A DNA stretch of 64,000 nucleotides from an uncultured Planctomycetota bacterium. Its GTDB lineage: Bacteria; Planctomycetota; Planctomycetia; Isosphaerales; Isosphaeraceae. The DNA lies in the NCBI GenBank assembly GCA_963823665.1, contig CAWGMQ010000005.1:384001-448000 (forward strand). The letters are read 5' to 3'. The position numbers and the translations under genes are program-made. The notes below the pieces were generated by a model. It did no database searches and was not told where the DNA came from. It worked only from the letters and a program-made list of their open reading frames with translations. This document shows, in pieces, positions 34,721-45,102 of the stretch (its first letter is position 1; the number at the start of each line of letters is the position of its first letter).

Positions 34721-36509
34721 ATGGCCGTGTTGTTGCAAATCCGGGACGCTCACAAGAGCTATGGAGGGCAGGCGCTCCTCGATGGCGCCGAGGTCTCCGA
34801 TCACCGATGACGTGAAAGTCGGGTTCGTCGGACGGAACGGGGCCGGCAAGAGCACGCTGCTCAAGATCTTGATCGGCGAAGACGAGCTCGACCGCGGCGA
34901 GGTGATTCGCCATCCCAGGCTCCGCCTGGGCTACCTCCGCCAGCATGATGCGTTCTTGCCGGGCGAGACGGTGATCGACTTCCTGATGCGAGACAGCGGC
35001 CAGCCCGACTGGAAATGCGGTGAAGTGGCGGCGCAGTTTGAGTTGAAAGGCGCCTATCTCGAAGGCCCGATCAAGATGCTATCGGGAGGATGGCAAACCC
35101 GGGTCAAACTGGCAGCGCTATTGCTTCACTCGCCGAATCTGCTGCTGCTCGACGAACCGACCAACTTTCTCGACCTGCGCACCCAGATCCTTCTCGAGCA
35201 CTTCCTGCGGAACTTTGAGGAGGCTTGCCTGATCGTCTCGCACGATCGCGCGTTTCTGGGCGCCACTTGCGACCACACACTCGACCTCTCTCGCGGAAAG
35301 TTGACGATGTTCGCGGGGAAGATCGACGACTATCAGGAGAATCAAAAGGAACGGCGCAAGCACGACGAACGCGTCAATGCGGGCGTCCTCGCCAAGAAGA
35401 AGCACCTCGAAGAGTTCATCGCCAAGAACAAGGCCCGAGCGAGCACAGCGACACGGGCGAAGTCGAAAGAGAAACAGCTCGAGAAACTCGAGCTGGTCGA
35501 GATCGCGGCGGATGAGCCCACTGTCAGCATCCGCGCTCCACTGGTCGAGGCCCGGCGCGGGCCGGCACTTCGCTGTATCGACGTGGCGATCGGCTACCCC
35601 GACCGGCAAATCGCCAGCGAGATCCGGGCCGAAGTCGAGCACGGCTCGCGAACCGCGGTCGTCGGCGACAATGGTCAGGGGAAGACCACGTTCCTGCGCA
35701 CCATCGTCAACTCGCTCGAGCCGCTCGAGGGAGAAGTTCGCTGGGGGCACGGCTGCAACATCGGAATCTACGCCCAGCACGTTTACACGAGCCTGCCGCA
35801 GGACCAGACGGTTCTCCAGTACCTGGAAAACGTCGCGCCCGGCGGGACAAAGATCCAGGAGATCTTGAACGGCGCCGCGTCGCTGCTTTTCCGCGGGGCC
35901 GACGTCCGTAAGAAGGTCTCGGTGCTCTCAGGCGGAGAGCGCGCGAGGCTCTGCCTGGCGGGGCTGATGCTTTCCCGATACAACGTCCTCATCCTCGACG
36001 AGCCCGGCAACCACCTTGATGTCGAATCCGTCGACTCGCTGGCCGAGGCGCTCCTGGCCTACAACGGGACCGTCATCTTCACCAGCCACGATCGATACTT
36101 CCTGAAACGAGTCGCGACATCGATCATCGAGGTGCGCGACGGCCGGGTGGTGAACTACCTCGGCGACTACGAGTCTTATCTGTACTCCGTCACGAAGGAG
36201 ATCGAGGAAGGCGAGCGCGAAACCGCGACTCAGATGTCGAAACCACCGAAAGACCTCTTGAAGGCCAAGCCCACGGCCAAGGCAGCCCGCCGCGGCGAAC
36301 AGGAGCTTCGCAAGGAGATTTACAACGTCGAAAAGATGATCGCCAAGCTTGACGAGCAGAAGAAGCTCGCCAGTACGCAACTCCTCGCCGCGAGCGACCC
36401 GAAAGAGGCGCTTCGGCTGCACCACGAGCTTTCGGAGCTGGCCAAAGAGCTTGGTGTTGCGGAAGATCGCTGGTGTGCGTTATTCGAAGAGCTTGGGGAG
36501 TCGAGTTGA
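34721..36509 (+). CDS. ABC-F family ATPase (ribosome-associated, Uup/YheS-like); frameshift near 34797
   Basis: MAVLLQIRDAHKSYGG, then GRNGAGKST, LSGGWQTR, LLLDEPTN, GDNGQGKTT, LSGGERAR, LDEPGNHLD; no TM; C-terminal coiled coil. Confidence 0.93.
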
Positions 36510-36579
36510 TGGCTTGGGATCTGGCGCGGGTTGGCTGTGTTGATTTTGCGGGCGGGACACGGAGTGTGCCTGCTACAAG

Positions 36580-38225
36580 TCACGGCAGCGTCGAGTAGAT
36601 CACGATGTTGGCGACGATCTTCTTTGCGCTTTCGGGCGTGTAACTCTTCGCTTCAATGTTTGCGTTCCTGTCGAGCACGCTGCCGATGTCGTATTTCGAA
36701 TAGATGATGCCCCAATGGTCGTCGATCCGCACTCCCTCAAGCTCGGGATACCCACGCTTACCGCCGGCTGCCTTGTTGTACTGAACGCTCGAGAGATCAG
36801 AGCCGACATTCTTCTTGAAGAGCTCGTCTTCGTGTGGGATCGGGACGAGCTGGCGATCGGGGCATAGGTCTTTGACGAAGCGACGGAAGGACGCATCGAA
36901 CTCGGCGCCCGAGGCGTGGGCGTCGACGAAGATTGTGGCGCAGCCCGGATCGAGATGCTTGCGCAAGGCTTCCAGATCGGCTTTGTCTAACGTCGGCATC
37001 TTGCGGCCATGCAGGTAGACGAGCGGATAGTAGACGAAGTTCGGGTCGCGCGGGACAACGACTTTTTCGATTATGTCGACATCGAAGGACAACGGAGGCT
37101 TTTCGAGGAATTCCATCAAGTTGGGCATGGCGCGCGGAGCGAGGTCCCAGTCGCCGGCGTGTTTGAGCCTGGCGATTCGCAGGGCCCCGCGTTTTGGAGG
37201 TTGCCGCGGGGTCTTCGGTTTTTGGGGGACTGGCTCGGGTTGAGCCGCGGCCGGTTTGGCGACCTTGGCTGTCTCTGAATTAAGTTTGGTCGACGCTTGC
37301 GGATCGGAGCTTGCTGTTGAGCGGCCGTTGTCCTGCGCGCGCGATGCGGGTATCAGTCTCGTCGTGGTCCAGCCAACGGCGCCGAGCAAGCCCGTTGCCA
37401 TGGATGCGATCAAGGCGATCTTGAGCTTTGTCATGGCCAAGGTTCGGATGATTCCTTCGGTGAGGAGAGCCGTTCCGGCGGTGACTGAGCCGGCGGTGAG
37501 CGCGCCTCGGGTTGCAAGTTGCGTTGCGGCGCGAATGGTTTGACCGAGCAACTTGACGGGGACGGCCGACATCGGATCGTTCGCGAGCAACGGGCCGTGC
37601 GCGAGGAGAGACGTCGCAAAACCGCGCCGGACCAATCGCGAGCGCAGCCGCTCGCGGCCTGCGCCAGCCGGCTCTTCACGGTGCCGACCGGACAGCGAAG
37701 CTCGATGGCGGCTTGCTCGTGGGTCTGACCCTCGATGTCGCAAAGGATGAGCGGAGTTCGGAAGCGCGGTGGCAGACCGTCGAGCTCTGCATCGAGGATG
37801 GCTCGGAGCTCATTCGACTCAATCCCGTCATCACGATGATCGTGCACGTCGACTTGCTCCAACCCGATGCGCTCGACAGACCGCCTGCGCTTCGAATCGG
37901 CACGGGCGCGCACGGCTACCCGGCGGGCAACCCCGTAGAGCCAGCTTCCCAGGACGTCGCGGTTGCGAATCGATTTCGCGTTCTTGACCAGGATCAGGAA
38001 TGTGGCCTGGAAGGCATCTTCGACGTCGTGTTCGTCGTCGAGGACGTGCCGGCAAATGCCGAGCACCATCCGCCCATGCCGGTTGACGATCGCCTCGAAA
38101 GCCGATTCATCACCTCGAGCGAGAAATCGATCGAGAAGCTGGTGCTCCGGAAGTGACGAAGTCGTGCCACTCTCGAATAGTCGCTGAATGGTTTCGACCA
38201 ACGCGCTCTGTTCAACGCTCGGCAT
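36580..38225 (-). CDS. ECF sigma factor fused via a TM helix to a DUF4159 domain; frameshift near 37668
   Basis: [61 protein letters not shown]...YSKYDIG...ANIVIY. Confidence 0.85.
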
Positions 38226-38298
38226 CGTTTCCCATCTCCAGAACATTCGCCGTCTACTCTATCAGTGCAGGATCGGCGGCGATCGTTCCATTTTTTTC

Positions 38299-39025
38299 TC
38301 AATCATCCTGGCGATACGACCATCTCGTGCCCAGTTCCACGTTTGTGTCTGTACCGAGTAGTAAGGAAAAGTGGTCCGTCTCTCGGACTCCGGAGTGAAA
38401 CCGGACAAAGCCGGTTCGTCCACCCGGATTGGGATCGATAAAGAGGCCGACTGTCTTCGAATTGGGGTCGAACCCCGATGCGGCCAGCCGGAATGGGCCA
38501 ACCCAACGAGGCGCGCTTATGCTGTGCCCGGTTCTCGACTCGATCGGCCAAACTCTCGAGGCTCGATCTGTAAACAAGAAAAGCCAGATGCAGCGGCCAA
38601 ACGGTTGCAAGCGTGATCCCGGGCATCATGGCCAAAACGAGCACCGAAGCCCAGGATACCCATGGCGATCTTCTCGGTGTCGCGTCTACCTGGGTCGCAA
38701 GCTTGGCCCAAGCCGTTCCCAATGCACCGATTGCTGGAAGAAACGCCATGAACCATGCGATTCGGAGTGCTGGCGTGAGCATGTAATCCGGATACAGCGA
38801 GGCGAGTGCGTAGAGAGTGTTGCTCAGAATCGCTATGCCGACGAAGCCGACCGCCGCCAATCGACGGAACCGCCAGGCGGAAAGGCACGCGCCAGCGACC
38901 AAAATCGCACATGGAATGGCCAGGGACCAGAGTGGGACATAAGCTGCTAGGAATTGGACGTACACGGCTAGTAATCCGGCCGCAACGCCGACCCACAACA
39001 TCATGGTCTTTAAGGTAAATCGCAT
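38299..39025 (-). CDS. Hypothetical membrane protein; frameshift near 38530
   Basis: MRFTLKTMMLWV start, about 5 TM helices, soluble tail in ORF 38299-38610. Confidence 0.65.
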
Positions 39026-39274
39026 GTCTTCACGGCCCCTCTGCATCCGCTCGAGGAGTCGGCCTGGAGCTCGATCGACATTGTCGCTCTGTGCGGCACC
39101 GGTTCGGCCGCAGCCGGTGCGCTGAGGCAGCGTACCGGCCTGCCGCAATGTACCTTGATGGTACCACACGCGACCGCCGGCGCGGGGTTGTTCGTTGTGT
39201 GATGCGCGGAGTTTTGGGGACTGGCCCTCGGCGTTCGCAACAATGGTCGACTACGACCGCCAGGAGCTGGCCGT

Positions 39275-39991
39275 TTACGAGGCCGTCTCAAAGTTCGACG
39301 ACTCAGTCATGCCCATTTCCGGGCGAATCGGTTCCTGACACCTTTTTTCGAGGAAGTGCAGCCACTCGTCCATTCCCTGGCCGCTTTTTGCTGATAGTTC
39401 GAAGATCTGCATGCCGGGACGCACGGATTGGATGTTTCGGTGCGCCGCGGCGCGATCGAAATCGACGGCGGCTGCCAGGTCGATCTTGGTGATGATCGCG
39501 ACATCGGCGCTGTTGAAGATCGGAGGGTACTTGAGCGGCTTGTCTTCCCCCTCGGTCACCGAGAGGAGCACCAGACGAAGCGTCTCGCCCAGATCGTAGG
39601 AGGAGGGGCAGACGAGATTACCCACGTTTTCCACAAAAAGGAAATCGAGCTCGTCCAGGGCCCAGCCTTCGAGCGCATTTTCGACCATTGCGGCTTCGAG
39701 GTGGCAAACCGTGCCGGTGGTGATCTGCCGAGTCGGCACCTGCGCACGGGCCAGACGCTGGGCGTCGTTGTCGGTGGCGAGGTCGCCAACCAATGCAGCC
39801 ACGCGGTACCGAGCCCGAAGCAGCCCAAGTAACTTTTCCAGGAACGCGGTCTTTCCGGCGCCTGGGCTTGACACCAGGCTTACCACGTAAACCCCGGCTT
39901 CGCGGAACCGCTGGCGCAGAGCCCGGGCTGCCACGTCGTTTTGCTTGAGGACGTGCTGGCGTACCTGAATCAGCCGTGTTTCGACGCTCAT
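39275..39991 (-). CDS. hypB: Hydrogenase nickel incorporation GTPase
   Basis: SSPGAGKT, GTVCHLEA, ENVGNLVCP, EGEDKPLKYP and TKID motifs. Confidence 0.97.
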   Translation of the reverse strand: MSVETRLIQVRQHVLKQNDVAARALRQRFREAGVYVVSLVSSPGAGKTAFLEKLLGLLRARYRVAALVGDLATDNDAQRLARAQVPTRQITTGTVCHLEAAMVENALEGWALDELDFLFVENVGNLVCPSSYDLGETLRLVLLSVTEGEDKPLKYPPIFNSADVAIITKIDLAAAVDFDRAAAHRNIQSVRPGMQIFELSAKSGQGMDEWLHFLEKRCQEPIRPEMGMTESSNFETAS

Positions 39992-40332
39992 TGGATTTCC
40001 ATCGCGACAACTTGCAGGTCACGGCCGCTAACCACGTCGTGGCTCGGCGTGCCGCACTCCGCACAGCAAAGCTGCTGCACCGAAACGACGGGCCGCGTGG
40101 TGCGGCAGACCGGGCAATGCACCAGCACCGGAACCTCTTCGATAACCAGTTGAGTCTCCGCGAATGGCGAACCTTCTCGGGCCAGTTCATAGGCGGAGAC
40201 AAGCGCTTCTTTTACAACTCCTGATAGGGGCCCCAGCTTCAAGTGGATTCCCACGACGCGCACGCTCCCTTGCCTCTGGGCTTCCTCACTCGCCACATCC
40301 AGTATACTCAATGCGATGGAGAGTTCGTGCAT
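39988..40332 (-). CDS. hypA: Hydrogenase nickel metallochaperone
   Basis: MHELSIA start and two CxxC motifs. Confidence 0.97.
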   Translation of the reverse strand: MHELSIALSILDVASEEAQRQGSVRVVGIHLKLGPLSGVVKEALVSAYELAREGSPFAETQLVIEEVPVLVHCPVCRTTRPVVSVQQLCCAECGTPSHDVVSGRDLQVVAMEIQ

Positions 40333-40826
40333 CAGGAACCATTCGCGAGAATCTGAGTCACGAGGGACTCGATCAGGGTAATCGCCTCCTCGACGGCGGC
40401 TTGCACCGGTGTGCTCATCTCCAGCTTCATGTCGTCGTCAGAGGTCATTGGACCGGGCTCGCAGCCGACGAGCAAGACGCTCTTGATCGTGCTGCCCAGT
40501 TCCCGGGCCATGCGCAGCACCTTCACCGGATCCATGGAGTGGAGCTCGACGGCCGCGCCTGTCAGACCATCTGAAGACACTTCAGGTTCAATAACGTACA
40601 CGGTTCCCACCGTGCCGCCGCGGGGAAGAGCGTCCACGAGGATCACCGTGTCATAAGGGTCGAGCAGAGCATACGCCAGGTCAAGACCGCGAATGCCAAA
40701 ATCGACCACGCGCACGGTGTCCGGGAGCGGGCGCTGCGCCAGGCGCCGGGCGACCTCAGAGCCGAACGCATCGTCTCCGAAGAAGATGTTGCCGATGCCG
40801 GCGATGAGGATGCGTGCGGCGCTCAT
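40332..40826 (-). CDS. Hydrogenase maturation protease (HyaD/HupD family)
   Basis: ILIAGIGNIFFGDDAFG, DFGIRGLDL, HSMDP and LVGCEP. Confidence 0.93.
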   Translation of the reverse strand: MSAARILIAGIGNIFFGDDAFGSEVARRLAQRPLPDTVRVVDFGIRGLDLAYALLDPYDTVILVDALPRGGTVGTVYVIEPEVSSDGLTGAAVELHSMDPVKVLRMARELGSTIKSVLLVGCEPGPMTSDDDMKLEMSTPVQAAVEEAITLIESLVTQILANGS

Positions 40827-40847
40827 GTCGGTGGTCACAATCACACT

Positions 40848-41400
40848 TCATCCGTCCTGCCTGCGGCCCACCAGATCGAAAGCGAGCTTCAGCTCGTCCT
40901 TCAAGGTAATCATGCCGCCGAGGGCGGAAACCCGCTTGATTCGATAGGCGGGCTGCGAAAGCGGGCAGTCGCCGGTCAAACGGATCTCGTCTTCCATCAC
41001 TCGCAATTGCGCGTCCGCCCGCAGAGGGTTTGTGACACCATGCAGGGAAAGCTTTCCGGCGATTCGAAGCCGAGTACCACCCTCCGGCGATCTTGCTTGA
41101 AGTGATTTCCGTACTTTGAAAGACGATTTCCGGATAGGCGGCGGTTTCCAGCACCTCCTGGCGCATCCTGCTTTCAATCTCATCGCGGTCCTTGGCACTG
41201 ACGGTGTCGGTCAAGGCGAGGGAAGCCGCCTGGACCGTCAGGTTGATCGCCGCATCGGCGATCGCGTCGGGCGCGAAACGAATCTCACCCGTGAACGTGC
41301 GGACCGCGAACGTCGGACTGTGCCCGAGGGCCGAGAGAGCGCCCGCGACAAACGCCTGAACGGTGAATCGACTTTGCGAGTCGTCCAGCAAGTAACGCAT
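40848..41400 (-). CDS. YceI-family (polyisoprenoid-binding barrel) protein without signal peptide; frameshift near 41075
   Basis: MRYLLDDSQSRFTV...FTGEI...LETAAYPEIVFQST, then GKLSLHGVT...KDELKLAFDL. Confidence 0.8.
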
Positions 41401-41495
41401 CGTTTCAGGGCCCGATCGGACCAAGCCGGAATGCAAAACGACACACGGGCGGAACGGGGCGAGCGATCGAGCACTCGCCACCGGGCGACCGCGGC

Positions 41496-41705
41496 TCACA
41501 TGGCTTTCAGTTTCAAGTAACGCTCCACATCCGGCAGAACGCCACCGATGCCGTTGCCCAGCGACCCGAGCGGAGCGATGCCCCCCAGCAAGGTGCGGCG
41601 GACGGCAGGGTGCGCCAGAATCAGCCCGGCGCCGAAAGCCACCAGTGCAATTCCTCCGGCTAGCAACACGGCGTCGCGAACATCTGAGTTTGTGTTTTCC
41701 TGCAT
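41496..41705 (-). CDS. Small membrane protein of the type found in group 1h hydrogenase clusters (DUF6893-like)
   Basis: One TM helix; C-terminal LPDVERYLKLKAM; AGAGG RBS. Confidence 0.7.
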   Translation of the reverse strand: MQENTNSDVRDAVLLAGGIALVAFGAGLILAHPAVRRTLLGGIAPLGSLGNGIGGVLPDVERYLKLKAM

Positions 41706-41781
41706 GGGTCACCTCTCTTGTCAGTGAAAGTAACGGTCGGCAGAACGCAATTCGTGGACTTGACTGATCGGTCCATCCGGG

Positions 41782-42102
41782 TCAGATAGCCTCGCTTGGA
41801 CTCGTTTCGGGCTGAAACAGCTCGACCTCGTCGATGCCGAAATAGAAACAATGGCCTGGCTGGCGCAACTGACCCAGGTCGCGGCCGGGATCATCGTCCA
41901 GCACCACGCCCAGGTAGACGCGGTCTTCGAAATCCTGTTCGATCGCTTCGATCGTCGCGGTTTTTCCCTCGAGGGCCATGTCCAGGATGTCGGCCCGGCC
42001 GAGCGGATGAAGCCGGACTCGGTCGCCGGGTTTGAGCTCGAGATCGTTTGCGCGAACGCTCTCCAGTCGCGGCCTGTCAATAAACGGATCCCAGTCATTC
42101 AT
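41782..42102 (-). CDS. Conserved hydrogenase-cluster protein (SH3-like; resembles the C-terminal part of actinobacterial HhaC)
   Basis: GDRVRLHP..RADILDMALEGK.A.IE...VVLDDDPGRDLG...FYF..DEVE; ATGA-coupled to the upstream gene. Confidence 0.75.
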   Translation of the reverse strand: MNDWDPFIDRPRLESVRANDLELKPGDRVRLHPLGRADILDMALEGKTATIEAIEQDFEDRVYLGVVLDDDPGRDLGQLRQPGHCFYFGIDEVELFQPETSPSEAI

Positions 42103-43164
42103 TGCGATTCTCCGGAACGCACGGGCCGCAATGCAGCGAACACCCCGTGCAACCCCATCATCTGCTCCTCGCTCAGCGATCTGGTCCGGTTCAACAATGC
42201 CCGCGCGCGCTCATCCACCGCGGCGACTGCCTGCTGTTCCTCGTCGGTCAAAGTCAGAACGCGAAGCACGAGCATCTCGTCGATCTCCGTGCCGTCGAAG
42301 AAGTCGCCGGGGCTTTCGGCGGCGATTTGCGGGTAGTCGTAGAGCGTGATCGGCGAAGAGAGCATGGTGTCGCGCTCGCCTTCGCTGCCGACGAGCACAG
42401 GCCAGGCCCCCTCGTTGCGGCACTGAGCGGCCAGCGAAGTGCATTCCTCGGGCGGATCAATCAACGACAAGAACTCAGCATGTTGCACGCTCAGGATGGT
42501 GTGCGTTGAAGCCATCGCCGCTAGCACCGCCTGGTCGCGGCAACTCTTGTCGAGCTGGTCGAACGCTGTGTTGTTCTCGATCCGCACGACAAGCTTGAAC
42601 AATCCGTCGCCCAGCTCGTGAGCGGAAACCTGGACGCGAACGGTGACGGAGCGCTGCTCGCGCGATATGACCGCCTCGATGTCGCCGGAGTGGCCGCGCA
42701 CGGGCTCGATGCTTCCGCCTGCCGGAAAAGTCATCTTGCTGCTGCCGCGGCTCGCGCGCCAGCGAATCCAGATCCAGCCCCTCAAGAACTACTTCCCGCT
42801 GCACGGCTTCTTGCCAGGTCTGGAGCAGCCGGTCGCCGACTTTGAGCTCCTCGACGAAATGGAAGACCGGCGCCTCGGTTTCATCCAGCTCAGCCACGCG
42901 GCAATCGCGCTGCCCGACCAGCCGGGCCTGGAGATGCAGGAACCGCACCTCCACTCGAGCCACCGTATTCCCGGTCCCCCGGAGCAGGCACTCCGTCTGC
43001 ATGGACCAGGCGTCGCCGGTTTTCTGCGCTTCACAATAATCGCGAGGATACAAGCCGCCGAACGTCCACCGCTGCCGGTTCTTGACCGACGGCCGATAGG
43101 GGTAGAGGATGTACCCCTCGTAGAGGACCGCATCGACAATCTGGTCCACCAGAGGCTGGTTCAT
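42099..43164 (-). CDS. Conserved group 1h hydrogenase-associated protein (HhaC-like); frameshift near 42735
   Basis: DAVLYEGYILYPYR..KNRQRWTFG; LSSPITLYDYPQIAAESPGDFFDGTEIDEML. Confidence 0.8.
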
Positions 43165-43866
43165 GAGACGGAGTCTCTCCGGAATCTCGCCCCGGCGCCG
43201 GCGAATGTGGTTCACCGTCCAGAGAGGCGCCGAGCAAGCGCTCCAGTGCTTGTTCCCAGGTGGGCACGCCGTGACGGCTCTTAAACTCGTAGAGCCGATC
43301 GAACACATCCTTGCGCAAGCAGAGCCAGGCACTGTTGGGATAATACTGCTCCATCATTTCCTTCCAGACGGATACCCTCAGGCGGAAAGGCCGCTTCCCT
43401 GTCCCAGGGGATTTGCGCCACTTGCAGGGCACCGTCGTCGGCTTCGTGAAACATCGTGCCGCTGAAGAGGAGGTTCACGGGAATCTCTCCTCCCTCCAGG
43501 GCATAGAAGTACTTGGTCACCGCCACGTTGAAGTCGTACGTGCACGGAACGGGCAAGTCGACGACGATGGAATCGGTGAACGGCCCGATGCCGACGTTGG
43601 CGTGGGTCCAGAGCATGAGCCGGAGCGTCTGGCCCCAGCGCGAGGGTCTGTCGAAGAGGTCGAGCAGCTTTTCCTGTTCCGGGCTCGTGTAACCGCGACG
43701 GCCCGGCTCGATGCGAATCTGGCACTGGAGCGCGACGGCATGGATGGGAACGAGCTTCCGCACCGGTGGCCGCGGTTTGGCTGACGTGCAGCTTGAATCT
43801 CAACAATGGCCCGACCGCGAAAGGCTCCGGTTCTGCGGACTCGACCTTGAACTTGAGATCAGGCAT
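43161..43866 (-). CDS. DUF6084 protein (HhaB-like); several frameshifts, 3' end approximate
   Basis: MPDLKF..., IHAVALQCQIRIEP, LPVPCTYDFNVAVTKYF, LLFSGT and VWKEMMEQYYPN. Confidence 0.8.
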
Positions 43867-44500
43867 GGCAGCGTATCTCGCCCCGAGTCGATTGTTGGTT
43901 CAAGCCGGCGAAGAACTGGCCAATTTCCTGCCAAACTTCCGCGCCGCCGGACAACCCTCGCCAGCCGGCCCGGATGATCCCTACGAGCCGGTAGCAGGCA
44001 TCGATCGGCACCCGATAGTGTTCTCGCGCGGGCCCCAGACGATTGACGAGGAGTGCTTCCACGTCGGGCTCGAGCTCGCGCAGGCCCGGGTTTTCTTCCT
44101 CGAGTTGTTGCCAGGCCTCCAAGGTCAGAAGCGATTCCGTGCCGCCGGCGGGACTTGGGTAGATGGCGACGACCCGCTCCGCGCGAGTACTCCGGAAGAA
44201 GAAGGCCAGGTTGATCGGGAGGTGCAGCTCCTCCCATTGCGCATCCGTCAGCCGAAAGTCGCTCAGAAACTCGACGTCCCGGGGCACGCGGCGGTAGCGA
44301 GCGCCGGGCTGGCCGCTGAAGAGGATGGCACAAGCGGTGCACGAACAGACGAGGCGCCCGACGGCCGGCTCGACCAGGTGTTCGTGATGAGGCGGTAGTG
44401 GGGCGCTGCACAGCTCGCAAGACTCAGCGGCGGGGCGCTTCCGCGTGAATCTGCGAAGTGCGGCGAATGAATTCTGGCCGAATTCGGATTCTGGCGTCAT
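43859..44500 (-). CDS. DUF5947 protein (HhaA-like)
   Basis: CELC...HEHLV...CSCTACAILF, LPINLAFF, YPSPAGGTES, PIDACYRLVG and WRGLSGG. Confidence 0.87.
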   Translation of the reverse strand: MTPESEFGQNSFAALRRFTRKRPAAESCELCSAPLPPHHEHLVEPAVGRLVCSCTACAILFSGQPGARYRRVPRDVEFLSDFRLTDAQWEELHLPINLAFFFRSTRAERVVAIYPSPAGGTESLLTLEAWQQLEEENPGLRELEPDVEALLVNRLGPAREHYRVPIDACYRLVGIIRAGWRGLSGGAEVWQEIGQFFAGLNQQSTRGEIRCHA

Positions 44501-44527
44501 CTCATCGCGCCCTGTGTTTGAACCGAA

Positions 44528-45090
44528 TCACTGCCCGAGGATAGGCAGGGCGATCCGCGCTAGACCGTCTTTCGCCACGTGCCCGTTCGTCGCCGGTTGA
44601 TCGACCTCGATCGCCGTCACATCCGGGGCTTTCTCGTAGATCGCCGCCTCGATTGCGTGCTTGAGGGTCATGGCCGACGACGGGCAGCCGTCACAGCTTC
44701 CGAGCATTCGCAAGCGTACCACGCCGCCGGAAAGGTCCAGGAGTTCGACATTGCCCCCGTGTGAGCGCAAGAGCGGCCGGACCTTATCGAGCGCCTGTCG
44801 CACGCGGGTTTCCAGATCCAAGCGGATGAAGCCCGTGGAGCAAAAGTATCGACGCGACCAGGTCATCTTCTACGAGCGCATCGATCAATGCGGCGCTTCG
44901 TCTCCCCGGTGTCAGCCACCGTTTCCAGAATGCGCTCGAACGCGGCGCCGTGCAGCTCGATGACGGTCCTGAGAAGCTCCTGAGTGCTCGCGCGCACGGC
45001 GGCGTCCGAAAATCGCTCGACCTCGTGGATCAAGGCCTCGACGCGCTCGATGCGGCTGCGAAATTCTCGGGCTTCTTTGGAACTGGCCAT
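44528..45090 (-). CDS. hhyE: NifU-like Fe-S protein (HhyE-like); frameshifts near 44900 and 44825
   Basis: ELHGAAFERIL; RVRQALDKVRPLLRSHGGNVEL...GSCDGCPSS; immediately downstream of hhyL. Confidence 0.75.
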
Positions 45091-45102
45091 TCGTGCTCCT
45101 TG

